Origin: Phoronis australis
Lineage: Eukaryota > Animalia > Phoronida
NCBI GenBank assembly: GCA_002633005.1
Contig: NMRA01000142.1
Location: 726,860 to 790,859 of the forward strand
DNA length: 64,000 nucleotides
Reading direction: 5' to 3'
How positions within the stretch are numbered: the first letter of the stretch is position 1; every line of letters starts with the position of its first letter. Made by a program: the position numbers and the translations under genes. The notes beneath the pieces are model-generated. The model did no database searches and was not told where the DNA came from. It saw nothing but the letters and a program-made list of their open reading frames with translations. Shown in pieces: positions 1-12,253 of the stretch.

Positions 1-925
1 ATAAAAAGGCACAAGTACACCGCAGGAATGCCCTCGGGCGCACCTTTTAAAACGCAACTCTCATTAAAAATGCAACATTCTAGTCAAATTAGTCGGGAAA
101 ATTTGATTGCCCTTGGGGTTTTGTTTCATATGTTATCATTTTGATTGCAGTAAGTCTGCTGGGAACATTATGAAAAAGGGCACACTTTTTATCATCAGGT
201 GTGCCCAAAGGAAACAGGTTCAAAACTGGTCAGGAATATCAGGGCTGTAAATATTTATTTGAAAATTGAAAACAGGGCATTTTGGAAATTATTACTTAAT
301 GTTCAAAGTTGGCGAGATTTCACCGTAATGACGGACTTTTCATATTGGCGTTCTCTAGAGTAATGAAAGCGCAAAAGTGACTTCCAGATGACCCCTACTC
401 AGATTCGGTGGACAGAAATTCCGTTATCGGTAATGCATTGTGGTTCATTATGATAGCAGAAAATTTTTGTTTATAATTATATCAGTGGCTGAAACCTCCC
501 ATAGGCAATACATAAGATTTGTAGGTGGCACTAAACTCCTGTCAACCAAAGATCTGATCGCCGTCTGACAAGATAGTGAATTTCAATGTGGCGGGGCTAT
601 TTCAAAAATCAGCTACTTGCATCAGATACAAATAAAAAGAAGATATTTGCGACAAGTTAGAAAGGAGAATTTATTTAGTTGCTTTCAGTTAAACTATTTT
701 GCTTAATTAAGTATATTCGGCCAGGGCATATTTTCAGCTGATCGTGAAGTCTGCCTTAGTGCCTTTATATACCCCAAACACATTTCTTTGTCCGTTCTCT
801 GAACTGCACTGTAAGTGACTCTCTCCCAAGTTCCTTAAACAAAGATATTTTAACTTTTGTTAGCAACGAATGTTTGTGACCCATGATGATGGTGGACAAT
901 TCCACTAATCTACATTTTCACACCC

Positions 926-1445
926 CAGGGCTCGATTTGGCGGCCATTGCCAATGCGACCACAGATTTCGTTTGGCGACTTGGTAAAAATCTCAAGTCAC
1001 CATGAAGTCCATCAATCACACATCTAAACCCGCACTCAAAATACTACGTTAAGTAAAAAGATGGAAGTCAGAATCGCTCAGCAAAATATCAAAAGGGCTC
1101 GGTTATGAGTGAGTCATGCACAGTGTAACACGAGTTCATTCTCATCAGCCTTAGGTGGTGAGCCTGCACAGGATATTGGGCCCGAGAGGGAGACATTGGT
1201 CATTACAGAGAACGCAAGACACTCTTAATTTTCCATACAACTAAACAGACTTTTGTCTTTTTATTTGAAGTATTTTGTTTCATTTTCAGCTCTTGTAAAC
1301 TGGGTACCGTTTGTAGGGGCCAGGACTTTCGCAACTCCCGTACGAGGTTTCCCTCATTTTGGCTAACTCAGCTCCCGTTTGGCAACCTGGGAGTTTTGCC
1401 AGGTAGAATTTGGCAAGTTGACGTTAGGCTAACCCTCGAACCCTG
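926..1445. mobile_element. Degenerate hAT-like non-autonomous element
   Basis: Termini CAGGGCTCGA and TCGAACCCTG are inverted. There are subterminal TTGGCGA/TTGGCAA-like repeats but no clear TSD. Confidence 0.4.
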
Positions 1446-1586
1446 TGGCCCCTAATTGGCTGACATTAACAGCTTGATTGACATGTCAGACCTATCTAAT
1501 AAACACGAGCTGTTGAATAAAAAATAACAGCCCCCCCCATTTAGCCTATTATTTATGTGGATCTTTGTTGCATTGGTCCTTATGAA

Positions 1587-1656
1587 TGTGTGTGTGTGTG
1601 TGTGTGTGTGTGCGCGTGGGCATGCGCGTGCGCGAGCGCGTGCGCGTTTGTGTGTG
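1587..1656. repeat. (GT)n/(GC)n alternating purine-pyrimidine microsatellite
   Basis: A gtgtgt... run followed by gcgcgtgcgcgagcgcgtgcgcg, in TMEM164 intron 1. Confidence 0.9.
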
Positions 1657-3348
1657 CAGGGGTGAGTGCATGGCCATTAAATATCACCTTGTTACATTTT
1701 CAATTGATTACCAATTAACATCTTTGTAACATTAAAAAATAAAGTCCGCCATATACTGTGTCTTAAATCAAAGAATTGTTAGTGCGGCAGCACTTATTCT
1801 TTTGAGAAACCAGATAAGTAAAGGAGGGTAGCAGACTTAACCCTTTCAAACCCATTCACAAGTTGTGGTCAAAGTTCATAGTAATGAGGCATTTAGTCAA
1901 GGCAGTTTTAGATTTTTCACCTTTCAGGTACACTCAGGTGTTATTTTGTTACAAATAATAGCAGCAATGCTTTTGAAGAAGATTTGTGCTCTCCAATTCT
2001 GAAGTGCTCTGGCATACATTGGATGTATTGATGTACAGAATTGCCTCAACACAGTGTTGAGCCTTAACAATAACCAAACAGGAATTCAAGGCTTACATAA
2101 ATCAATGACCAGGCTTCCTCCTGGCCCTGGTTATATCTATATGGACTTAGTTAATATTTTATGGCAGATGGTCCAAGGGTTGACTAACCAATTCATTCAG
2201 GAGTAGAGTAATGGGCAATTAATTCTCCTGCTTGCCTCTGGGAATACACAAAATTGAGACAACTGCAGCTGATATCTGAGTGATGTCTAAAATAATTTGG
2301 CTAAAACTATGGCCAGTCCATGCTGTAAGGATATTATAAGCTCACATAGGAATGGAAGTTTTCTCCCAATTCATACTACCCACTATTTCCATAAGTAATT
2401 GATACAAAAATGTTATAAAATGTTGTACAAGTTCAAGTCCTGGGTAAATCAACAGCATTTAAATTGAGGAAAATCAATAGTTAAAAACATACAACAGAAT
2501 ACAGGCATTCAAAATTGAAAATGTTTGGTTGAACCTTTGCCAATAGGTGAAGTAACTCATACGAGTACGATAATAAAATTTTATCCTACTATTGTTCACA
2601 CGTTGTTATCTTTATTTTCGATGTTTAAAGTGCCTCAAAGACCAAGAGGTACTACAGAATACTGAGAGAAATAGAGCTCTGCGTAAGTTCGATATAAAGC
2701 TTCCGCAATTCAGAATATTATGCCCCAGAACGGTGAAATTTTTTGAGTATTTCTTAAGAAATAAATTGAAGAAATTAAAGTACATTGCTACAGCAGGGCA
2801 ATTTGTATGTAATCAAGTTGTACCATAGCTGCAAACAAATTGGTTTGAAGATTTGTGGACAGTCCCGGCAAAACACAGTGAGAAGACCTTGAAAAATGCA
2901 AAAAGGACAATTTAGACTGTAAATCATGCAGTATTTTTACTGGAACATATAATATACAGGGGGTTCCCCAGTGTACAAACAAACTTAAGTTAAGGGCAAA
3001 CTGGTCAGACAAAAAACAAAGCATATTTGCTTCCGATCTGTGGTTGTTTTGAAAATTATGTTGATCTTTCTTTTGGACATATCTTTTTAGTTGACAATTG
3101 TTTCAAAAACAAAAATTGATCACCTGATATCAGCTATAGTACTGTAGCAATTAATGTATTTTCTTTTTCAATTCATATCTCAGCTAATTAGTGATGCGGC
3201 TATGTTTTTTTACAAAAATTCACCCAATGCCCGGTATCTGATTTTAAGCAGTGATGTGCACCTTCGAAAACAAAGAACTGAAATGTGCATTGCTACAGAC
3301 AGTACGGACCTGCCAAATACGCTGGCTTTTTATCCATGATCAACTCAC

Positions 3349-3699
3349 CTGCAACATCGTTGTTACATGACACGGGTTGAAAATCCAGATAACTTGTTCT
3401 GTTGAAAACTTATAGCCAAGCTCAATACCATAAGTGATGCACAGTGCCACTAACAGAACTCTCTTGCCCCACGGATCTACCCTGTTCATTTGAGGAACTG
3501 TTTGGGGCAATTTCAACTTCGGATATGCATAAGCAATCTCAGCAGCTGCGAGTAAACAAGTAAGAATAGTTTCGTATATCTTCTGAGCTGGTGGTATAAA
3601 TTTAACACAGTCATCACCACCAGTCCCTGATATGGAGAAGTCCACTCCTGCATACGTCCATGCAAGACCCCAACTCCCTTCTGCGGAGGTCGCTGACAT
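3349..3699 (-). CDS. TMEM164: TMEM164 (transmembrane protein 164, acyltransferase), first coding exon; gene continues beyond the left edge
   Basis: MSATSAEGSWGLAWTYAGVDFSISGTGGDDC...LLVALCITYGIELGYKFSTEQVIWIFNPCHVTTMLQ resembles the human TMEM164 N-terminus as I recall it (WLYGGVDPSFAGNGGPDC...[30 protein letters not shown]). It ends at the donor CAG|GTGAGT at 3348; 351 nt, phase 0. Confidence 0.93.
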
Positions 3700-3879
3700 G
3701 GCTATTTTCCAGAGATGATGAATCGAATCGATTGTTTACAACTCAGCTGACAGACAACTCGTCAACTATAAACGTAAAACAGGAATGTACAGTTCTCGAG
3801 TCTTGGGATAGAGATTCCTCAGGTACCTGAAGAAGTGATCGATTACAAAACGTCTGATTAAGATAGTGGTTGTAATCCT

Positions 3880-4330
3880 TCTGGTAGCACTGGGTATCGC
3901 TTCCTACTCGCTTAAAAGTCGCGACTCCGTTTGGTAGCCTAATATTTCACGGACTCACGCGAACATTACGTCAAACGAAATTCCCAGTCCACTTCGCATA
4001 GTATTTGAATATTTCATAGCGAATGTTGTTCCCCCTGAACGGCCTACCGCACTAATCGAAGACAGTCTAAAACTGGACGACATACACTTCTCTTTGTGGC
4101 GCGGTGTCGAGCAGATGAAGCAGATCGATTGCGCGAACGCTGACTGACAACCGTGACTTTCGGAGTCACTTCGAGGAGTTCACTGAAAACAGTTAAGTTA
4201 TTCAGACTACATGCAACAGACCGATAAGTGGTAGAAGACTTATTCCATAATCACGTCTTAGAGCCCTGAGTTCGTGAGAAATAATCCTAGAACAAGTGAA
4301 AAAGAAGTCCGGTTCGTTAGCCAAAAGTCG
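3880..4330 (-). promoter_or_regulatory. Probable TMEM164 promoter region
   Basis: Locally CpG-rich segment just upstream of the ATG exon, with a CRE-like TTACGTCA at ~3966. TSS not determined. Confidence 0.35.
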
Positions 4331-5133
4331 ATATGAATAACAGAGACGTCTGGTGTATAAGAGCAGAACTACTAGTGACTGAAAGCAGAGACCACAGACA
4401 GTATCTATCGTCTTTCGGCTGCTCAGCCTGGGAGCAATTTGCTGTGTCGGGGGAGGGGCATTTGATAAAGTGTTGTCCTAGTTTAGCCAACCAACTTCAA
4501 AATAAACCGATACTTCGGGAACCCCTCAAGACTCAACCTGCAAAACAATTTTGGGGGTTATGTCACGCAAACACTTTCCCTAATTCTTCAAGTTGGCTGG
4601 TTCACTAGTTGGCGTTTCCGTCGACCCTGCAAACTTTCCGACCGCCGTATACTGTCAACTAAGATACTATCTTTGGTCAACAGTAAAAAAATAAGTTTTC
4701 TTAAATTTGTTTATAATTGGCAAAGAACTGAATCAGTTGATCAGGACCGTTTTAGTCCGCCACTCAACTGCTCGGTACAAAAACCCTTGTTAAGTCGTTT
4801 GAATCATGGCAATCTTCTGCACTTGAGATGCAAGATTATTTTATATGTATTTTTCAGTGATAAATCTTTAGGTGATTCTAAAAGGTCATGCCGCGCCTCG
4901 ATCGAAGCCTAGCCCTTGAATGTCCGAGTCCCATGGGGCAGTGGTTTGGGAACCTGTCCCAAGAAATTCTGAGAATTAAGGTATGTTAACGTGAATTGTA
5001 ATGCATACCATTGGTCCTGTTACAGCTTTAGCACTAAAATCGTTTTCAAATATTCATAAGAAATCCTCGTTACAGCAGTACAGTACCGTAATAACACACG
5101 CAAACAAATGCATAGGAAGGGAAACATGCCACT

Positions 5134-5210
5134 GACACACACGCACGCACGCACACGGCACGCACGCACGCACGCACACGGCACGCACGCACGCACGCAC
5201 GCACGCACAC
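5134..5210. repeat. (GCAC)n microsatellite
   Basis: Run of acgcacgcacgc... It explains the spurious 'ACVRACV' ORFs. Confidence 0.9.
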
Positions 5211-6054
5211 TCAAATACCTTTTTAGAGACCTGGACATCAAGTTTAACACTGGCTAATATTAAAAAAGAGTCAAGGAGGACCATCTTCTTCCAACATTTT
5301 TCAGATGCAGAAATAAATTCCTCATGGACTGAGTGTCGGTAACAATCTCCTTCCTAAAAAGCTCAATCAGGGGCTTCTTGGCGGTAGGCTAAATGTGATG
5401 TTTTACCAACAAAACGAGTAAACTGGTTCGATTTGATTCGTGTCAGATTTCCGCCATTTGGATGAATCACGTGATTCCTACTTTATTTCAGATGTTGGTT
5501 TTTGTAAGTGCATTCAATTAAGTGGGAATGTAAATACGTTTGTTAGCAATATTTACTAACACGTTTGTTAAGTTTCGGAATTTTTGTTGCAATGAAAAAT
5601 TAAGCACGTTAGTCCAATGAAAGGGTGGAAAGAAACTACAAATACTACAGCTGTTACAAACTGATTCGTAAGACATAAAATATCCACCGGAGTCGAGAAA
5701 ATCATAAATATAAACTACATCTTTTTTATACCAGTGATTATAAAAGACTCACTGCTGTCTAGTATTGGATTTGTTGATATTGAAACGATATTCATTCTAT
5801 ATTCATTCTTTTCAGTGTTCTGAATTTGGTCAATAGTAATCAAACACATCAGACCAAAATAAATTTGTATTGAATACATTGTAGAATGCACCGCAAATGT
5901 AAACAGTCATGACAAGTCACTGACTAATGTTACGCCAGTAATTATTTCCAAACAGACAATTAGTTTCAAACAGTCTATGAATCAGTACAGCTTAAGAGAT
6001 TTAACAAAGGATTCAATATAAATCATATCATAATCTCCTTGTGAAAAGTTTTAC

Positions 6055-6427
6055 AATCATAAGCACGAGCATAGCGTTTTACACACGAACCACCTAAGAA
6101 CCTATGAATCATGCGTACGAACCATGAATAATGCTTCGATCCAAAAATCACGCATACGAATAAAAATCATGCGCACAAACCACAAAATTAACAAACATGA
6201 AGCATCTGAAATCACGTGCACGAACCACCTGTTCGTGCGTGATTCGATGCTTATGTGTACGTATGATTTTGTGTTCGCATGATTTTTGTGGTTCGTGTGC
6301 ATGTTTTTTGTTCGTATGCTTGATTTTTAGGTTCGTATGCGTGATACACGGGTTCGTATGCATGATTCATATAATTCCTAGGTGGTTCGTGCGTAAGATG
6401 TTCGTGCGTATGATTCTAAGGTACCCC
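6055..6427. mobile_element. Foldback/palindromic MITE built of CGAAC/GTTCG sub-repeats
   Basis: The arm cacgaaccacctaagaacctatgaatcatgcgtacgaacc is inverted relative to ggttcgtatgcatgattcatataattcctaggtggttcgtg. The right end AAGGTACC resembles the terminus of the element at 17303-17731. Confidence 0.7.
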
Positions 6428-6683
6428 TGGTTATTTCGTCATTTTGCCACCTCAAACAAACTTGAGATACATCTGTTAAAGACGTTTAATCGATTGTCTG
6501 GACGGAAGAAAGAACTGAACCAGCCTACGCAACAAGGGAGAGAGAGAGAGAGTTAATTACAATAATTCTGACAAGGGAAGTTATGGTCTTTTAAACCAGA
6601 TCAATATTTGTTATTCAGTTTGATTATATATTGGTTATAGTTTAATTTCACAATCTCTGATAGGTCAACGCTGAAATTAATTA

Positions 6684-7305
6684 CCGATTTCCGAAAATAG
6701 ACCCAACTAAAAATAACCCCGTGGGCGGAAATTCGAAAAAATTTCCAAAAGTACGGCCATGGGCGTATTTACGGTAACTGTTTGCATGTTTTGAAAATGT
6801 GATGAATTGTTCAAAAATACGTATATGATATGTTTCGATGTAAAATTTTGTTTATTTTTGCTCAGTAGATATTATATTTTAGGATCGGGATTTTACAGAA
6901 ATTGCATAAATTGCTCGTAAATAACTGCATTAGCAGTGTGAATAACAATTAAAATACACTGTGTTTGTTGAATACGAAATACGTATGGACCAATAAAGTT
7001 CATGTAAGTCACATACAGCTACGTACAACAAAAGGACGTGATTATTACAAAAATCTTCACAACTATTTTGTTTAACTTAACGGGACAAAACTGACAATGG
7101 TTAATGTTCTACTCCGTCACGTCCATCAGACTATCTCCATCACTGGAGTTTTAAAAGGTTTCCCTTCGCTGAAGTCTTCAAATGGGTCACATTCGTCGTC
7201 GATCTCAAATACGCAGCCGCTGTACGCGTTTGACACAATTTCCGAAAATACTCCGCNATTTCCGAATACCCGCCTATGGGCCTATTTTCCGAAATTCCCG
7301 GTTAA
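6684..7305. mobile_element. Possible TIR element (contains an assembly n at 7257)
   Basis: accgatttccgaaaatagaccca at the left is roughly inverted to tgggcctattttccgaaattcccggt at the right. Confidence 0.4.
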
Positions 7306-8450
7306 AAGGTGACAACCCGGTTTTGTCCTGTTAACAGATATTAAAATGACGTTCCCATCTAGTTCTCTAAAACAAAATAATGCTCTGCAATCCTCGACAA
7401 CCCTCAAATGTTACAAGCAGGAATTTGAAAATTCCTTGCAAAGTTTGCTAAACAGGCAAGTGTGACCCACGCTTTAGGCCCAGAATTACGCGACAATTGT
7501 AGGGAAAGACCACCCACCAATAACCGTAATATCCTATCTGTGACCAAGAAAGTAGAAGTTTTTATTTGAAAACTGCTTTTATCATTCCAGTGGGACGCCA
7601 ACGTTGCATTAGCAGGTGACAGAACCAGGACAGGTAGAAATCCCAAAACAGGGTTTAGTATTAGTGAAATTAGCCACGGAAAATTATTATTTGAGCAAAG
7701 ACGAAGATTGCTCAATCTTTTTGCGCCAAACCACGCACAATCCTTCCCATATTTGGTTAGAACGCTTAGAATTTATGAAATAGGCCCGGAAGATCAAGAG
7801 ACCCCTTCAAAGGTCCATTTAAGCCGTCAGACAGAGCACTGGGCAATCTACATTCTGCAATTTTTATTTTTTTTTTACCAGTTTTGATGAACTTTTGACC
7901 GCACTGGATCAGCCTGACGACAACTTCGGCTTAAGGAAATATTCGGATGTGAATCCTGAACTGCACTAAGACGAGTACTGTCGTTAAACAGAATTATACA
8001 CTGGCATTGAATCGCAAAAACATTAGAGGACAAAGAATTAATAACTTTTTCTAAGTCTACACACTGACAGAACAGGAATGTTACAGCTTCCAGTGTAATA
8101 CATTAGAGTCAAAAATAGGTGTGATATTTATATCTTTGAATCTTCTTATAAAGCTTGTTTTGGGTGTTGCTTATAAATGAAGGTCATGATACCTTTAAGA
8201 CGGCGATCAACATATCCCGATATCCTAATATTTAAGACGTAAAGAGCACGATTTCAGTCCAGTTACCCAAATATTCATAATATTTTGTAAGACGTAATGA
8301 GCAAGATTTTCAGTTACCCAAATATTGTTTGGGTTTATTCGGCCACTCTTGAAATGGCAGCGATGACACTTTGGTTTTGACTAGCCGGTAGGAACTCGAG
8401 TCATGTACTATGATCAATTAAACAACCTTACAAGAAAGACTGACAAATCA

Positions 8451-9066
8451 CCCCAGACTTTTTCACAAATTCCACGGAAATTCCATGAGGGCATGGTGTT
8501 TGCTATTTTTGTACTTTTAGGACACACTCCGCCTAAAAAAACTGCAATAATTCGAGAATGGTAAGTCGGATCCAAAAACTTTCCCTAAAACGTTGTAGCA
8601 CTGAGAAAGATCTATTCACGTACTAAATTTCTAACAGTTTTGTCACATAACGCCAGGGTTGCAACACGTAGTCAATCAATAAAAAGCAATCGTAAATTTT
8701 TGAATAACTCAAGAACGGTAGGTCGTTGTCAGAAACGGATGACACATTCCACATAGTCCTTGGCGAGTTCTATCAACTTGAACATGCCAAATTTCACATG
8801 AATCCTTCAAAGGACCACGGAGCTAAAGTTCTGCGAAGCGAAAAATTTACCGTCACAGCGCCACCTTTTGTCCGATTCCATCAAACACAACAGACCCGAG
8901 GTCTTACAACTCCTTACAAGGTACGCTATGTGTAAGAATTTCATGTTGATTGGACGAAAAATGAGACCAGTAGAAAGAACAAACAAACAAACAAACAAAC
9001 AAACAAACAAACAAACAAACTTCACTACAAGTAACACACTTGGCGAAATTTATTTCGCTAAGTAAT
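8451..9066 (-). mobile_element. Helentron/HINE-type non-autonomous element with (AAAC)n tract and terminal hairpin
   Basis: (AAAC)n at 8978-9020, then the stem-loop acttggcgaaat-tt-atttcgctaagt. Internal degenerate core repeats of the 'aaatttc...' type. Left boundary approximate. Confidence 0.6.
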
Positions 9067-9289
9067 AGAATCAAGGTGTGTGTTATATAATTCGAGTTTT
9101 ATTTTGATCAAGACAATTCTCAAGACAATGCAACCCTAGCCGATCATCCCATCATGCAGAAACCTCCCCAGACCATTAATTAGTGAGACAAATTACAACA
9201 CGAGCAACGTTGATAAGACTGCAGTGCAAACCGTCTGCTTTTAGGGTCATAAGTACCACAACAAATGACCACTAAGTAGCACTAACTAT

Positions 9290-9702
9290 GTCAACCCCCT
9301 AAAAATAGGAAGATGTCCTCGCCTCCCTAATAAAAACCTATTTGCCTGAAATCTTAAAAATCCCTGAAGGATCTGCAAAGATAGAGGCAAACCTACAAAA
9401 ATGAAATTGCCACTAGGAGGCACAGCGGTAGTTGGATCCACCCGAAAGGAGTCATCCCCTTTTGTCACATTAATAGGAATGCACTAGACAAATTTTACAA
9501 GGATCCTGCAAGGGGTTTGGGATATACAGTGGTAGATAGGAAAAACAAAATTGCCATAGGGGTCACCAGTGCAGTAGTCCAATCCACCTGAAAGTCATCC
9601 ATACTCCTCATCTCTGTGGGAACACATCTTTCATGAAGATGCTCCAAGGAATGCCTCACAGAGACGATGGCAATATGCCACCACATATGTGGCGCATAAA
9701 AA
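9290..9702 (-). mobile_element. Helentron-type non-autonomous element (related to 20040-20310 and 28800-29745)
   Basis: Shares aaggatcctgcaaggggtttgggatatacag and agagacgatggcaatatgccaccacatatgt..ataaaa with the copy at ~20040-20310. Cores contain ttgccactaggaggca. Confidence 0.55.
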
Positions 9703-12058
9703 TTGTAAAATTTCAACATAGAACCAATTTAAGTGAAGAGCGCAATTTGATTAACCCAACAGATCTTGACAGAAATACCCAGATAACATTGGTACAAAGA
9801 GATTTTACAAAACGGCTTTGTTGCCAAAGTAAAACCGACTCCAGCTCAAGACAACAAAATGGTCAGAAACTGGCAAAATTCAGACAAAACAGAAGTACTT
9901 GAGCTGTCATAAACGACAATAAAAATATCAGGGCAACACAAAACCAAGATTCAACAGTATCACTCCCAATTTCAACAATTGTCACACTGCAATGTTCAAC
10001 ACACATTCCTACAGTAAATATTCATGACAGGTGGATTTCAGTAGAGTACAGGATACTAACGCACATGCCTGTTTGAAAACATACAAACATACTCTTCATA
10101 CACGCGAAACTTTGTGATGACTTATCAGACACAAACACACACAAAACTTCACAAATACATAACAACATACACATACCTACCTTTCTACATACTTGTGAAT
10201 AGCCACACTAAGAAATACCACAACACCACTTTCGTACCACAAAAAACTACCCACACTGCACTGCAACAGATCTAGATGGCACTTCTTTCACTATTGGTTG
10301 CTGCAGTGTTCATCACAACTTTATAATTATGAACATTACGTTGCCATTCTGAAGTCAGTGACGATTTACAGCTACAAAGTGAGTTGCTATGTTGACATAA
10401 ACAGTTACCAAATAATTTTATTTGTCGGAATCAGGATATGGCTGTCGAACATACAAGTTTTATGAAATAAGCTACCGAGGACTGGTGATTACAAATTCTT
10501 GACAAATACATAAATACAGCAACTCAATCTACTTTATAATGGCGATAATATGAGCAAATCATTACCTATGAAATTTACACGTTATCTAGTCTCTATACAA
10601 CTATGACCATTATAAAAAGTTTACATTTGCAAGGCCTTAAAGCACTACATACAAATTCATGCAGTGGTGACCAGCATAGTATAAATTAATGCTCTCCTAT
10701 TATCAGTTGGAACATACTCCACTGTAATTAGAGTACAAATTGTAACAGATTACTTAAAGCCATAAACAGCATTACTTTGAGAGGACATCAAATTCGTCTG
10801 GAAACAAATTTAGAGGTTATTTATGAATAGCAAATAATTACACGATTGCAATATTTACAGAGTAGAGTTAATTGACAAGTTTCCAGGACATATAAATTTT
10901 GTGTTGCAGTTGACTATTTTTGATCCCCATCTCCATGTTCTAAGTGGCTTTAAGACACAATTTAACAAAATAATGACAATAACAATAACAATTATGCATT
11001 GTTTCGAAATAATTTATAACATATGGAGGTTTTACATAAACTTTTTCACACTACGAATGTATAACCAGGGTAAAATGTCAACTTTAAGTAAAAGAACCAT
11101 TTTGCACCGGAAATATACAATAATTCTTCACTAATTTAACCCGAAGTGTGGCGAAGGAGCAAAATTCCATTTTAATTGTCTAATTTAACCATAAAAAGAT
11201 TAAGAAAATTTTTAGTCTGTTACTAGCATGCTTGTACTGTTTAGATATCACAAAACAACTTTTGGTAAGTTTTCCATTACTTGCAGTAAAATGAGAAGCC
11301 TTTGAAATTTGAAAAATTACTTTTGGTCAATTATTTTTGGGTGAAATCAGCGAAGAATTAGTAACTTATTGCTCTTACAACGTCCAGGAATTTCCTGGGA
11401 TTTATGCTTGATGCCCAGTTACACTGGCAGTGGGATTTTTGCAGTAACACTACATCTACATCTACACAAACGGTTATGATGTTATGGATGCAAATACTAC
11501 TAACACAACTGTTGATCTTTGGCACGTCGGATGCAGAATGAAAAATCACACATGACAAATTAAATTCACTATAAACCTGGTTGGTTTTAAAAGATTTATT
11601 CAGTTTGCCTGACTGAAGCCACAAAATGGCCACTTTATATGGTGCTGATGCAGGCTGTGATGATTAGGATGCGAGTGGCACCTATAGTGAGATTTAGTCA
11701 TACTTTTCAAAGTATCCACCGAGGTAAGTAACTTCCATAACACTGCGTCACATGAAGACAAACAGTTTATCCCAACAAGCATTTCCATTGAATAAAAAAT
11801 GAGTAATTTACTGTCAGGATTCAACAGTGCACAAAACAATGTGGACACTCCATTGAATTGACACATTACTTCCAGTTGTCAATGCTGGCATTTCACAAGT
11901 TTGATGATACGGGACAAAAGTTCTCTAATGGTAAAGTCATATTTTACAAAAGGACAACCAGTCTTTCCCAGCATTTAGTAGTCTGTCATGTGCTCAAAAC
12001 AAATGATTTCAACCTGAATTTCCCAAGTCGATGTAGATCAAACCGGTAACAGCAAGCT

Positions 12059-12253
12059 TCACACAACATTGACCTGCGTGAACTCTGCCTGGTCCTGGGT
12101 CAAAGGTCGTACACAATGGAAGAACTCTTTGATGTTGGTGATGACGCCGCGATTGAAGGGGTTGTAGTATTTACCGTTAGCATCTTTGAGATACTGGTAC
12201 CGCTTTAGGTTGATTCGCTCATTTGTGGTCAGGTTGATCGTCATATGGAACGT
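12059..12253 (-). CDS. DHHC palmitoyltransferase exon 9 (last coding)
   Basis: [32 protein letters not shown]...VNVV-stop. Confidence 0.93.
   Translation of the reverse strand, partial: TFHMTINLTTNERINLKRYQYLKDANGKYYNPFNRGVITNIKEFFHCVRPLTQDQAEFTQVNVV

Noticed and set aside
7591-7887. ATG-less plus-strand open frame containing RTGRNPKTG, the bacterial HU/IHF arm motif
   Set aside because: The flanking HU features (GFGxF before, the I.I...F pattern after) are absent and there is no start codon or partner exon. Most likely chance.
7912-7945. CTGACGA...GAAA hammerhead-ribozyme-like core
   Set aside because: Stem II barely pairs, and no convincing stem I or III was found.
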